Shown here: one piece after another, positions 1-9,767 of the stretch
How the letters are laid out: each line of letters opens with the position of its first letter
Numbering within the stretch: position 1 is the stretch's first letter
Assembly: GCA_045576795.1 (NCBI GenBank)
Contig: JAZNHE010000019.1
Span: 1 to 61,140, forward strand
DNA: 61,140 bases
Direction: 5' to 3'
Source: Eubacteriales bacterium
GTDB lineage: Bacteria > Bacillota > Clostridia > Oscillospirales > CAG-272
Position numbers and translations under genes: made by a program
The notes under the pieces: model-generated
What the model was told of the DNA's origin: nothing
Databases searched by the model: none
Seen by the model: the letters and a program-made list of their open reading frames with translations, nothing else

Positions 1-216
1 ACCGTAGCCAACCATCTCGCAAGCTCTACCGGTAAGAGTGTTCTTCATAACGGAATACTCGATACCAGCCTTACGGAGAGCGTTTCTAAGCGCGGTGTCA
101 TCTGCAACTGTAATGCCCTCGTACTTAACAAGCACGCCTGACACAGCTGTCTGAAGCTTGCCGGCAAGCTCTTCTACGACCTGTTTCTTGGCTTCAAGAA
201 CCTTATTACTTGGCAT
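1..216 (-). CDS. rplJ: 50S ribosomal protein L10, N-terminal part (gene runs off the left edge)
   Basis: Hand translation of the reverse strand from ATG (216-214) gives MPSNKVLEAKKQVVEELAGKLQTAVSGVLVKYEGITVADDTALRNALRKAGIEYSVMKNTL..., a typical L10 N-terminus. SD GGAGGTGG lies at 221-230 (rc). Confidence 0.85.
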   Translation of the reverse strand, partial: MPSNKVLEAKKQVVEELAGKLQTAVSGVLVKYEGITVADDTALRNALRKAGIEYSVMKNTLTGRACEMVGYG

Positions 217-395
217 TTGTTTCCACCTCCATAAAAATTTCAAATAAAAAATCCTTTCCGGGAGAAACACACAGCTCACCGAGAAAGGACAACCAAACAG
301 GCATAGTGATAACACTACACCAAATTATTGAATTTGTCACACCTCGGCAGGAAAGCTCTATGCTTTTACCGGAACCTGCTGTCTTAGGATACCTT
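217..395 (-). promoter_or_regulatory. Ribosomal protein L10 leader-like 5' UTR with intrinsic attenuator hairpin
   Basis: A ~180-nt untranslated leader lies between a consensus promoter and rplJ. On the rc strand, hairpin TCCTTTC(289-283)...GAAAGGA(258-252) is followed by TTTTTTATTT just before the SD, as expected for L10-leader attenuation in Firmicutes. No covariance model was run. Confidence 0.5.
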
Positions 396-399
396 TGGT

Positions 400-428
400 A
401 TTATACACGAAGTATACACGTTTGTCAA
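400..428 (-). promoter_or_regulatory. sigma70-type promoter of the rplJ operon
   Basis: rc strand reads TTGACA (428-423), 17-nt spacer, TATAAT (405-400). Confidence 0.65.
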
Positions 429-465
429 TAGGTTTTGTAAAAAAAGTTGAAAAAGTTTATTAGAT

Positions 466-511
466 GAGAAAAACGGTAACGTCAAAACATCTGTCCGCAG
501 CCGTCACCGTT
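466..511 (-). terminator. Rho-independent terminator after rsgA
   Basis: rc strand has a 10-bp stem AACGGTGACG/CGTTACCGTT (511-502 / 481-472) followed by TTTTTCTC. Confidence 0.6.
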
Positions 512-524
512 TCTACATTATATA

Positions 525-1460
525 TTAATAGTCCGTTTTACTCTTCAATACCCTATATATTGATCGGTAGGACTCAAGACGGCTCTCGGGAATATCTCCG
601 TCAATTACCGCTCGCATCACCGCACATTCGCTCTCGCCCTCGCCTACGTGTACACAGTCGGCATATCTGCACTTGCCGACGTAGGGCAAGAGCTCCGGGA
701 ATGCAGGCACAAGATCATCCAGACGGAAGAAGTCAAACCTCTCAAAATCTATCAGAGAAAAGCCGGGGGTGTCTGCAAGAAATCCCGTATCCGACGTATC
801 ATCTATATCAAATATCTCGACGTGGCGCGTTGTGTGACGGCCGCGCTCTATCTTACGTGATATCTCCGCAGTGCTGAGCGCAAGATTCGGGAAAAGAGCG
901 TTCATAAGAGTAGATTTTCCAACGCCCGATGCACCTGCAAACGCCGCAGTAAGACCGCCTCTGACATGCTCACGTATGTATCCTGAAAGCAAATCCACCC
1001 CTTCACCGCTCGAGGATGATGTGATAAAGGTTGCAAATCCAACCTTGCGATATATATCGGCAAGCTCCTCTGCTACATCTTCACCAAGGTCGCTCTTGGT
1101 TATAATTATAACAGGGGTAATGCCGTTATGTACTGCTATGGCAGTGAGCTTGTCCACCGTTTCGATAACCGGCGCCGGCTTTTTTGCCGCGAAAACTATG
1201 AAGAGATAGTCAAGATTTGCCATAGGCGGTCTGATGAGGCTGTTTCTTCTCGGGAGAATTTCCGATATGACAATCCCGTCAGGTGTTGAGTCATCAATTA
1301 TTATGCTGACGTCATCGCCTACAAGGACCTTTTCCTCATCGCGCTTCAATACACCCTTGGCTCTTGAAGAATATCTTACCACGGTCCCGTCCTCAACGAC
1401 TCGCGTGTCGTAGAGTCCGCCGAGTCCTTTAACTACCTTTCCATTCTTTATACTAATCAA
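525..1460 (-). CDS. rsgA: Ribosome small-subunit-dependent GTPase A
   Basis: P-loop GASGVGKSTLMNAL, C-terminal zinc knuckle CRYADCVHVGEGESECAV, N-terminal OB-like region, TTG start. Confidence 0.9.
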   Translation of the reverse strand: MISIKNGKVVKGLGGLYDTRVVEDGTVVRYSSRAKGVLKRDEEKVLVGDDVSIIIDDSTPDGIVISEILPRRNSLIRPPMANLDYLFIVFAAKKPAPVIETVDKLTAIAVHNGITPVIIITKSDLGEDVAEELADIYRKVGFATFITSSSSGEGVDLLSGYIREHVRGGLTAAFAGASGVGKSTLMNALFPNLALSTAEISRKIERGRHTTRHVEIFDIDDTSDTGFLADTPGFSLIDFERFDFFRLDDLVPAFPELLPYVGKCRYADCVHVGEGESECAVMRAVIDGDIPESRLESYRSIYRVLKSKTDY

Positions 1461-1483
1461 GCGTACTTCTCACTTTCAATATT

Positions 1484-2545
1484 TCAGGTTGTCTTTTCAG
1501 TAGATGCTCCTGCGCGCCGCAGCTGTCCGCACGCCGCATTAACATCAGAGCCAAGTCTGCGTCTTACCGTAGCAACGACTCCGTATCTCTCAAGCATCTT
1601 TGCAAAATTGTTCGCACTCTCGGTGCTTCCCTGATGGAATCCCGTCTCCTTAACCTCGTTAACTCTTATCAGGTTAACGTGTATCGGAGCACCACACGGA
1701 CGGAAAGCAGAGGTGAGAAGCTGTGCCAGCTCACGTGCATCGTTCTCCGTATCATTCTTCCCACCGATAAGCGTGTATTCAAAGGAGATGCGCCTACCCG
1801 TGTGATTGTAATAGTATACACAGGCGTCGAGCAGCTCTTGAATTTTCCACTTGTTATTGACGGGCATTATAGCCGAGCGCTTCTCGTCGGTTGCGGCATG
1901 CAAGGAGATTGACAGCGTGATAGGTAGGTCGACCTCTGCAAGCTTACGTATGCCCGGCACTACTCCGCAGGTAGACAGGGAGATGTGCCTGTATCCGATA
2001 TTCAATCCGCCCGGCAGATTAACCAGGCGCAAGAATTTGATTACGTTATCATAGTTATCAAGAGGCTCGCCTATACCCATCATCACTATGTTGGAAACTC
2101 GCTCTCCCATATCCTTTGATGCGGCAACAACCTGTCCGAGAAGCTCGGACGGTAAAAGATTACGTACTCTGCCACCTATTGTAGATGCACAGAAGCGACA
2201 GCCCATACGGCAGCCGACCTGACTTGATATACATAGCGTATTGCCATGCTTATAGCGCATAAAGACGCTCTCAACACATTCACCGTCATAAAGGCGGAAA
2301 AGATATTTTACAGTGCCGTCTAATTTAGATACAAGCTTTGCCTCAACCTTTGGGAGAGTGTCAAGCACCTCCTCATTGAGTCTGTCGCGCAGCTTCTTCG
2401 GCAGATTGGTCATCTCGTCTATCGGAGTCCCCTCTGCGAGTCGCGGAAACACCTGCTTTGCGCGGAATTTCGGCTCGCCTAATGATAAAAAGTACTCCTC
2501 AAGCTCGACGTCTGTCATAGAATACAAATCTATTTTTTCAGTCAT
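1484..2545 (-). CDS. rlmN: 23S rRNA/tRNA (adenine-C2)-methyltransferase, radical SAM
   Basis: Radical-SAM motif CRMGCRFCAS and second conserved Cys region (LSTCG). 353 aa, and the conserved position after rsmB. Confidence 0.92.
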   Translation of the reverse strand: MTEKIDLYSMTDVELEEYFLSLGEPKFRAKQVFPRLAEGTPIDEMTNLPKKLRDRLNEEVLDTLPKVEAKLVSKLDGTVKYLFRLYDGECVESVFMRYKHGNTLCISSQVGCRMGCRFCASTIGGRVRNLLPSELLGQVVAASKDMGERVSNIVMMGIGEPLDNYDNVIKFLRLVNLPGGLNIGYRHISLSTCGVVPGIRKLAEVDLPITLSISLHAATDEKRSAIMPVNNKWKIQELLDACVYYYNHTGRRISFEYTLIGGKNDTENDARELAQLLTSAFRPCGAPIHVNLIRVNEVKETGFHQGSTESANNFAKMLERYGVVATVRRRLGSDVNAACGQLRRAGASTEKTT

Positions 2546-3858
2546 ATTTTCTTCCTAAGCTTTGCTATGAAAAATCCGTCGCACTCGTTTATATGAGGCA
2601 AGAGCGTCATCATTCCGTCAACAGATGCGTTCTCCCCGACCGTGAACTCCTCAGCAAAGAACTCGGGGTGTGATGAGAGAAATTTCTCGACAATTCCCTC
2701 GTTTTCACTCGGATTTAACGTACACGTTGAATAAAGAATGCATCCGCCATTCTTTAAGTACTGCGATGATTTTTCAAGTATATCATATTGCAAAATTGGT
2801 AGTTTTTGCAAACTTTCATTGTCTTTATGCCGTATATCAGGCTTTTTACCGAGGACTCCGAGTCCCGAGCATGGTACGTCGCATATCACCTTATCAAAGC
2901 TTCTGAACAGCTCCTCCCGAGGCTTTGTCGCATCAAGCACACCAACCCTTATACAATCAAGTCCAAGGCGAGATGCACCATCCTCTATCAGCGAAAGCTT
3001 ACTTTCGTGCAGGTCAAATGAATACACCTCGCAATCGCCCTGTGCGAGTATAGCCGCGGCAAAGCTCTTGCCTCCGGGACACGCACAGACGTCGATAATT
3101 CTGTCACCGGCCGCGGCGGAAAGCACCTCGGCACTGATTGCACAGGCTACGTCCTGAACGAAGAACAAGCCCTCGTCAAAGCCGTAAAGCCTCCTCGGAT
3201 TAACAGAGCCCGGAAGCCTTACTGTCATAGACGAGCTTGGGTGAGGATATGCTTCATATCCCTGTTTCTCAAGCTCACGTACGAGCTCCTCGCGCGTCGT
3301 TCTTGTAAGGTTAACTGTAATATCCGTATATCTCGCAGTATTGAGATGTCTCATCAGCTCCTCGGCTCCGTCCTCTCCGCAAAGCGATATAAAATGCTTT
3401 GCCATCCAGAGCGGATATGAGTAGCGTACCGAGAGATAACGCGCAACGTTCTTCTCCCTCTTTGGCAGCGTTAGACCGCCATCCGCCAAAAGACGTACCG
3501 CGCGTCGAAGAACACCGTTGACAAATCCGCGCTCACCGACGTTTCTTGCCAGCCGGACAGTATCATTTACTGCCGCGTGGTCTGGGACGGAGTCCATATC
3601 AGCAATCTGACACATTCCGATACGGAGTATGTTGAGAGTATATGGATCTATTTTGTCAATACTCCTCTCGGCTATTGAGGTTATGTAATAATCATAAGTA
3701 ATCTTTCTCTCGACGGTGGTATAAAGCAGGGCGGTAAGAAATCCGCGCTCCTCCCCCGTGAGCTTATCCGTCAAGTGAGAGGATAGCGATAGATTTACGT
3801 ATTTGCCATTAGCTTCATAATCGTTCAAAAGAGAAAGCGTAAGCTCTCTCACTGTCAT
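2542..3858 (-). CDS. rsmB: 16S rRNA (cytosine967-C5)-methyltransferase
   Basis: NusB-like N-terminus plus SAM-MTase motifs DVCACPGGKS, DVPCSGLG and YSTCT. Overlaps the rlmN start by 4 nt. Confidence 0.9.
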   Translation of the reverse strand: MTVRELTLSLLNDYEANGKYVNLSLSSHLTDKLTGEERGFLTALLYTTVERKITYDYYITSIAERSIDKIDPYTLNILRIGMCQIADMDSVPDHAAVNDTVRLARNVGERGFVNGVLRRAVRLLADGGLTLPKREKNVARYLSVRYSYPLWMAKHFISLCGEDGAEELMRHLNTARYTDITVNLTRTTREELVRELEKQGYEAYPHPSSSMTVRLPGSVNPRRLYGFDEGLFFVQDVACAISAEVLSAAAGDRIIDVCACPGGKSFAAAILAQGDCEVYSFDLHESKLSLIEDGASRLGLDCIRVGVLDATKPREELFRSFDKVICDVPCSGLGVLGKKPDIRHKDNESLQKLPILQYDILEKSSQYLKNGGCILYSTCTLNPSENEGIVEKFLSSHPEFFAEEFTVGENASVDGMMTLLPHINECDGFFIAKLRKKI

Positions 3859-3860
3859 AA

Positions 3861-4550
3861 TTAACGTCTTCTTTCAAAAATTCTAAGCAGGCGCAAAAGC
3901 TGTAGTATCGACATAGCAAGTGCCGCAACGTAGGTCATAGCCGCTGCAGAAAGCACCTTTTTGGATGCGGCAAGCTCCTCACCTGAATACCAACCGCACA
4001 GCTCAAGCTCGGTAAGTGCGCGCTTTGATGCATCGAGCTCACAAGGCAGGGTAACAAGATGAAAAAGTGTAGTTGCGGCAAAGAGAACAATGCCGAACAT
4101 TATAACGTAGTTACCGAGCACCAACGAGCTGTATGATATAAATAATCCGATGATTATTGCTATCCAGGAAAATCTCGATGCAAAATTAACCGCAGGCACA
4201 AGCTTGGTTCTGATTACGATAGGAGCGTAATTCTCCGCGTGCTGAATAGCGTGTCCGACCTCGTGTGCCGCGACACCAACCGCCGAGGCAGAGGATTTAT
4301 CGTGTACCGAGTCGGAAAGTCTTAAAACGTTATTGCGAGGATCGTAATGGTCGGTAAGATTACCGTGAACTCGCTCTATACGCACGTTGAACAATCCGTG
4401 CGCGTCAAGTATTCTTCTCGCTACCTGGCTACCCGTGTAGCCTACTCCCGAGCTTTTGCCCGAAAATTTATTAAACGTGGTCGAAACTCTGATCTGAACC
4501 ACGAGCGTAAGTAAAAATGTCAGAATAAAGAGAATATAGAAATAATCCAT
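3861..4550 (-). CDS. Membrane zinc metallopeptidase (YugP / PF04298-like)
   Basis: HEVGH zinc motif, N-terminal TM helix and C-terminal TM helices, 229 aa. Confidence 0.8.
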   Translation of the reverse strand: MDYFYILFILTFLLTLVVQIRVSTTFNKFSGKSSGVGYTGSQVARRILDAHGLFNVRIERVHGNLTDHYDPRNNVLRLSDSVHDKSSASAVGVAAHEVGHAIQHAENYAPIVIRTKLVPAVNFASRFSWIAIIIGLFISYSSLVLGNYVIMFGIVLFAATTLFHLVTLPCELDASKRALTELELCGWYSGEELAASKKVLSAAAMTYVAALAMSILQLLRLLRIFERRR

Positions 4551-5482
4551 TATTCAAGTACATCTCCTAACTGTATTTTTCTGCCGCGGATAAAATCTCC
4601 GGCACTCATTCTGCCTTTTCCCTCGGGTATAACTCCCGTTACGCGAAGAGCACCAACACCGCACGCGACGGTAAACGAGCCGCTGCCCTTTGCATCAAGC
4701 TCTATCACCTCGCCCGGATTACCTTTTCCATCCGTCGGAGTTGCCTTATATATTTTGAGCATTTTGCCATCGAGATATGCAAAGGCTCCGGGAATCGGTG
4801 TAACGCCTCTGATTATGCAATCGAGCCTTTCCGCACTCATGGAAAAATCTATTTTACAATCTGTTTTCTCAACCTTTTGCGCATAGGTTGCAAGCGAGTC
4901 GTCCTGCTTTTCTCTCCTCACACAGCCGCTATCAATATCGGCGATTGCCTTGACAAGCAGACTTCCTCCAACGTCGGCTGACCTATCATGAATAGCCTCG
5001 AAGTCATCCTCCGGACCTATCGGAAACTCCTCTTGCATGATTATATCGCCCGTGTCGAGTCCCTCTGCCATATACATTATGGTTACACCCGTGACCTTCT
5101 CACCCTCCATGATGGCGCGTTGCATCGGCGCGGCACCTCTGTATTTTGGAAGAAGGGATACGTGTACGTTTATACAGCCGTATTTCGGATAATCGAGCAC
5201 AGACTTAGGAAGAATTTTTCCATAAGCGACAACTGCGATTAAATCGGGATTAACCTCTTCAAGCACCGCCGCAAAATCATCGCCGCGAAGTGTATCGGGG
5301 GTATATACCGGTATGCTGTTAGCCACGGCAAGTGCTTTTGTGGCAGTGGGTGTCATAACGTTTCCGCGTCCGCGCGGCTTATCCTTGCCCGTAACGACCG
5401 CAACCACGTCAGCACCTGATTTCAGAAGCGTTTCAAGACATATAGCAGATATTTCGGGAGTTCCCATAAACATTATTCTCAT
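4550..5482 (-). CDS. fmt: Methionyl-tRNA formyltransferase
   Basis: MRIMFMGTPE N-terminus, HVSLLPKYRGAAP motif, 310 aa, directly downstream of def. Confidence 0.93.
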   Translation of the reverse strand: MRIMFMGTPEISAICLETLLKSGADVVAVVTGKDKPRGRGNVMTPTATKALAVANSIPVYTPDTLRGDDFAAVLEEVNPDLIAVVAYGKILPKSVLDYPKYGCINVHVSLLPKYRGAAPMQRAIMEGEKVTGVTIMYMAEGLDTGDIIMQEEFPIGPEDDFEAIHDRSADVGGSLLVKAIADIDSGCVRREKQDDSLATYAQKVEKTDCKIDFSMSAERLDCIIRGVTPIPGAFAYLDGKMLKIYKATPTDGKGNPGEVIELDAKGSGSFTVACGVGALRVTGVIPEGKGRMSAGDFIRGRKIQLGDVLE

Positions 5483-5499
5483 AACGCCACGCCCCCTTA

Positions 5500-5955
5500 T
5501 TAATCGGTAATAGGTCTTATCTGCACATCCGTATACAGCTTTCCGTCGAGGTGGTCACACTCATGACAGATAGCTCTGGCAAGAAGATCCGACCCCTGCA
5601 AATCGTACACCCTGCCGTTGCGGTCCATAGCTCTGACTGTAACGGTGGCAGGACGCTTTGTTATTCCGGCATATCCGGGGTTTGAAAGACAACCCTCGCG
5701 CTCCTGCTGTTCTCCGCTGAATGCGATTATCTTGGGATTGATGAGCTCGTATACCTGCCCCTCCTCAACCTCGATTACCGCAATCCTGCGCAAAACGCCA
5801 ACCTGAGGTGCTGCAAGTCCGCATCCCTCTGCATCTCGCATTGTTTCTATCATATCATCGAGAAGCTGCTTTATTCTGGGTGTTATTTCTTCAACCGGAC
5901 GACACACCTTGCGGAGCGTATCGTCACCGAATTTTACAATCTTAAGCTTTGCCAT
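5500..5955 (-). CDS. def: Peptide deformylase
   Basis: The three deformylase motifs GLAAPQ, EGCLS and HECDH. Confidence 0.93.
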   Translation of the reverse strand: MAKLKIVKFGDDTLRKVCRPVEEITPRIKQLLDDMIETMRDAEGCGLAAPQVGVLRRIAVIEVEEGQVYELINPKIIAFSGEQQEREGCLSNPGYAGITKRPATVTVRAMDRNGRVYDLQGSDLLARAICHECDHLDGKLYTDVQIRPITD

Positions 5956-5986
5956 TTTGTACTCCTATAGCATTTTATAGTATATT

Positions 5987-8242
5987 TTACACGGTGAGGG
6001 GGTTAAGGTCCACTGTGAGCGTGACCTTGCGCTCTTTTGCAAACTCTGTCAGCAGCTCGGAGAACATTCTCCTTGTCTGTGAATTAAGCTTGCATTTGAT
6101 TATCATCCTCATCCTGAATTTATCATTTAATTTATATATTTGCGCTTCAAACGGGCCGTATACGACAAAGGGCAACGAGGAATACTCTCCGCTGATTTTT
6201 TCCCTGATTGCCTCCGAAAGAGATCTTGCCGCACGGAAAAGCTCGGGCTCCTCATCCGCAGTGAGCGTGAGCTGTGCCATATCGCAAAACGGCGGATAAG
6301 ATAGCTCGCGTCTGATAGCTATCTCTCCCTCGTAAAACGTGTCGTAATCCTGACTGCATGCAAGATGTATTACCTCATTGGTGGGAGAAAACGTCTGAAT
6401 TACAGCGACTCCGTTATCGGTCGCTCTGCCTGCCCTGCCTATGACCTGTGTCAAGAGAGAAAACGTGCGCTCGGATGCTCTGAAATCACTTAAGTGCAGT
6501 GAGGTATCTGCCAGTGCAACGCCTACGAGAGTTACGTTTGGAAAATCGTGCCCCTTGGCAACCATCTGTGTGCCGAGAAGTATATCAGCCTTTCCCTCTC
6601 TGAAATCATCAAGCATCCTGTCATAAGCCATTTTGCCCGACGTGGTATCCGCATCCATACGCATTAACGTCATGTCAGGCAGATACTTGCTCATTTCCGC
6701 CTCAAGCTTCTGTGTGCCGAAGCCAAGGAATGACAAGTTATCCGATGAGCATGAAGGACAGGTGCGCGGTGTCTGCATTCTGTATCCGCAAAGGTGACAC
6801 AAAAGATGTCCTCCGTTCACGCTTGAGTGATACGTCATGGAAACCGAGCATCTCGGACACTCTATAACGCCTCCGCACTCCTTACAGCTTATCTGACTGC
6901 TGTATCCGCGTCTGTTGAGGAAAAGTATGGCCTGATTGCCATCCTCCTTTACGTCGGTGAGCATATTATATAACCGCTGACTTATCGGCGAGGGATTTCC
7001 AAGCTTCAATTCCTCTCGCATATCTACTATTACAGCCTTCGGTAATTTTGCTCCTCCGTAGCGTTCACGCAGTGGTATCAGCTTATACACGCCCGTCTTT
7101 GCCTTGTAAAAGCTCTCAATGGAGGGCGTGGCAGATGCGAGCAGCATAAGCGCGTTATGCTTACCGCAACGGAAGCTCGCAATATCTCTTGAATGATACT
7201 TAGGATCGCTCTCCGATTTGTACGTATGCTCGTGCTCCTCGTCGATAACTATCATACCGATATTATCAAGAGGCGCAAAGATTGCGGAGCGTGTGCCTAT
7301 AACAAGATCCACGTCTCCTCGGCGTATTCTGCGCCATGCATCCATTCGCTCTCCCTGTGAAAGTGATGAGTGTATAACCGCAACTCTTTCACCGTATCGC
7401 TTACAGAATATATTTACCGTTTGAGGTGTGAGCGATATTTCAGGTACAAGCATTATGACGGACTTACCGTCTGCTATTGTCTTGTCAATAGCCTTCATTA
7501 TAACCTTTGTTTTGCCGCTACCCGTGACTCCGTAAAGCAGAGCGGCTCTTGCACTCGGCTCTGAATAAAGAGCCTCTATGCTATCATATGCGGCAGTCTG
7601 CGCAGAGCTCAGAACGATTGGGGACGTGTCCCTCTCGCGAGCATAATCTCTATAAGGATTTCTTATATCCTCGCTCTCATCAACGCTTATAATTCCCTTT
7701 TCCTTAAGTGCTGAAATATGCGCCGACGTGACTCCCGGAAGCTGCTTGATGAGCTCCGCATCTGCCTCTCCTATATCCATAAGATAGCGCAGTACACTTC
7801 TCTGCCCCTCGCTTCTTATTCCACTCCTTCCGCTTGCGGAAAGAAGGGTTGCCGCGGCAGTCCTGTCAACGGTAAGTTTATATGTCCTGCGATAGCGTAT
7901 ATTCGGTACGTCATTGAATGCACCGGGCGGTAATATTGTCTTAACCGCCTCACCAAAGGTGGATAGCGTGTAGTCCTTAATGAACGCGGCAAGTCCGAGC
8001 ATCTCTGTATTAAGACGGAAGGTATGGCATATAACCGCACTTATCGGCTTTATGACAATATCCTCCGTTATGGAGTCATCTCGCCTGTCGGAAAGTCCGA
8101 CCACTACACCTATTCGGGTAGCTCTACCAAACGGAACACGTACAATATCGCCCATCGTTACGTCTTCCGTACAAGAATAGTCGAAGGGTCTGTCGATATG
8201 ATATGGCGTATCTATAAGATATACCCGACAAAACATCAACAT
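5987..8242 (-). CDS. priA: Primosomal protein N' (replication restart helicase)
   Basis: Walker A GVTGSGKT, DEEH box (VIDEEHE), Cys-rich zinc insert CKECGG..CPRCS...CHLCGY, 751 aa. Confidence 0.93.
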   Translation of the reverse strand: MLMFCRVYLIDTPYHIDRPFDYSCTEDVTMGDIVRVPFGRATRIGVVVGLSDRRDDSITEDIVIKPISAVICHTFRLNTEMLGLAAFIKDYTLSTFGEAVKTILPPGAFNDVPNIRYRRTYKLTVDRTAAATLLSASGRSGIRSEGQRSVLRYLMDIGEADAELIKQLPGVTSAHISALKEKGIISVDESEDIRNPYRDYARERDTSPIVLSSAQTAAYDSIEALYSEPSARAALLYGVTGSGKTKVIMKAIDKTIADGKSVIMLVPEISLTPQTVNIFCKRYGERVAVIHSSLSQGERMDAWRRIRRGDVDLVIGTRSAIFAPLDNIGMIVIDEEHEHTYKSESDPKYHSRDIASFRCGKHNALMLLASATPSIESFYKAKTGVYKLIPLRERYGGAKLPKAVIVDMREELKLGNPSPISQRLYNMLTDVKEDGNQAILFLNRRGYSSQISCKECGGVIECPRCSVSMTYHSSVNGGHLLCHLCGYRMQTPRTCPSCSSDNLSFLGFGTQKLEAEMSKYLPDMTLMRMDADTTSGKMAYDRMLDDFREGKADILLGTQMVAKGHDFPNVTLVGVALADTSLHLSDFRASERTFSLLTQVIGRAGRATDNGVAVIQTFSPTNEVIHLACSQDYDTFYEGEIAIRRELSYPPFCDMAQLTLTADEEPELFRAARSLSEAIREKISGEYSSLPFVVYGPFEAQIYKLNDKFRMRMIIKCKLNSQTRRMFSELLTEFAKERKVTLTVDLNPLTV

Positions 8243-8271
8243 CCCCTCCTCCGTGATAAATTTTCTTCTAA

Positions 8272-8535
8272 TTAGTCCTGTGTGCGAACCATTTTGAATT
8301 CGCCGTTTTCAATCTTTGCAATAGCGATCTTAACCGCCTTCTGATCCTTGTACTCGGGATCGATAAGAGCCGCAAGAGGCTTGTCGGTCTCATGGTTCTC
8401 GATCATCTTCTGCGCCTTTGCTCTCATATCAACGTACTTGTCGGTAACAAGACGTGCGCCCTTGGCTACACCGATAACGAGCTCGTAACGGTTGAATTCT
8501 CCTGCTGTGAGTTTGTCAATGGTAGGATAAATCAT
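8272..8535 (-). CDS. rpoZ: DNA-directed RNA polymerase subunit omega
   Basis: MIYPTIDKL...NRYELVIGVAKGARL omega signature. I prefer the internal ATG at 8535 (AAGGA 9 nt upstream) over the ORF-track start at 8553, which lacks an SD. Confidence 0.75.
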   Translation of the reverse strand: MIYPTIDKLTAGEFNRYELVIGVAKGARLVTDKYVDMRAKAQKMIENHETDKPLAALIDPEYKDQKAVKIAIAKIENGEFKMVRTQD

Positions 8536-8600
8536 TTCTTTGTTTCCTTTCATATATGGGGTTACGGCATAAGCCGTGCTTTAATAATGACTCTTGTATG

Positions 8601-8867
8601 TTACTCGTCAGAGGGATCCTCGTTGTCTGCCTCGTCACTGGACAGTCGGTTGGTGATCGTCTCCGTCTGTATTGCCGAGAGTATAACGTGGTCGGAGTCG
8701 GTAATGATAACCGCCCTCGTTCTTCTTCCGCAGGATACGTCTATAACTCTGCCGTCCTCACGTGCATCCTGTACAAGTCGCTTGATCGGTGCTGAATCGG
8801 GTGCCGCAATGGCAACGATACGTCCTGCCGACACCATATTTCCAAATCCTATGTTAATGAATTTCAC
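8601..8867 (-). CDS. remA: RemA/YlzA (DUF370) regulatory protein
   Basis: [26 protein letters not shown]....[21 protein letters not shown] is close to B. subtilis RemA. GTG start with SD AAGGAGGG. Confidence 0.85.
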   Translation of the reverse strand: MKFINIGFGNMVSAGRIVAIAAPDSAPIKRLVQDAREDGRVIDVSCGRRTRAVIITDSDHVILSAIQTETITNRLSSDEADNEDPSDE

Positions 8868-8879
8868 ACCGTTCCCTCC

Positions 8880-9767
8880 TTACTCTATATTCTGAATCTG
8901 CTCGCGTATTTTTTCAAGCTCGCCCTTTATATTAACGACGATCCTTGCAATCTTAACGTTGTTTGCCTTGGAGCCTATTGTGTTTGTTTCTCTGTTCATT
9001 TCCTGCATAAGGAAATCAAGCTTTCTTCCCGACGGCTCGTTTGAGGTTGCGATATCGGCAAATGCACCGAAATGGCTGCGCAGTCTTACAAGCTCCTCGT
9101 CAATAGCGATTTTGTCCGCCCATATTGCGCACTCGGTAAGAAGTCTGTTCTCATCAACCGCCACGGAATTATCCGCGAGTATCTGGCGGAGTCTTGCCTC
9201 CAGCTTGTCACGGTATCCGACGGTGTCCTCCTTTGAGATTGCCTCGATTTCATCAACGAAGCCCTTTATCTGCTCAATCTTGGCATAGATGTCATTAATA
9301 GCCTTCTCGCCCTCTGCTGTGCGCATTGCGACGTAGTCCTTTATCGCATCGTCGATGACGGGTAAGAGCAACGACCACTCTGCCTCAATATCCGTGTCAG
9401 CACGTACCGTGCGGAATATATCCGAGTTTTTCGCTACGTTCATAACGGTTATATCATCGGCAAGAGCGTATTTGTCACGCAGCTCACGAAGTACGGCAAC
9501 GTAGCTCTCGGCATATGCCTCATCAATGTCTATTTTTTGCGCGGTGGTAGCATGATTGTCAACCGTAATATATACGTCAACCTTGGCTCTTGATACCGCG
9601 TTCTTCTGTACGTAATTCTTTATTCTCTCTTCAAGAGGAAGATACATTCTCGGCATCTTTACCGTACAGTCGAAATACCTCGAGTTTACGCTCTTAATTT
9701 CTACGGTAATGTCCTTTTCCACACCCTCGCGCTTCGATCTGCCGAAGGCAGTCATGCTCTTAATCAT
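8880..9767 (-). CDS. yicC: YicC/YloC family endoribonuclease
   Basis: MIKSMTAFGR N-terminus, C-terminal DUF1732-like LDFLMQEMNRETNTIGSKA motif, 295 aa. Confidence 0.85.
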   Translation of the reverse strand: MIKSMTAFGRSKREGVEKDITVEIKSVNSRYFDCTVKMPRMYLPLEERIKNYVQKNAVSRAKVDVYITVDNHATTAQKIDIDEAYAESYVAVLRELRDKYALADDITVMNVAKNSDIFRTVRADTDIEAEWSLLLPVIDDAIKDYVAMRTAEGEKAINDIYAKIEQIKGFVDEIEAISKEDTVGYRDKLEARLRQILADNSVAVDENRLLTECAIWADKIAIDEELVRLRSHFGAFADIATSNEPSGRKLDFLMQEMNRETNTIGSKANNVKIARIVVNIKGELEKIREQIQNIE

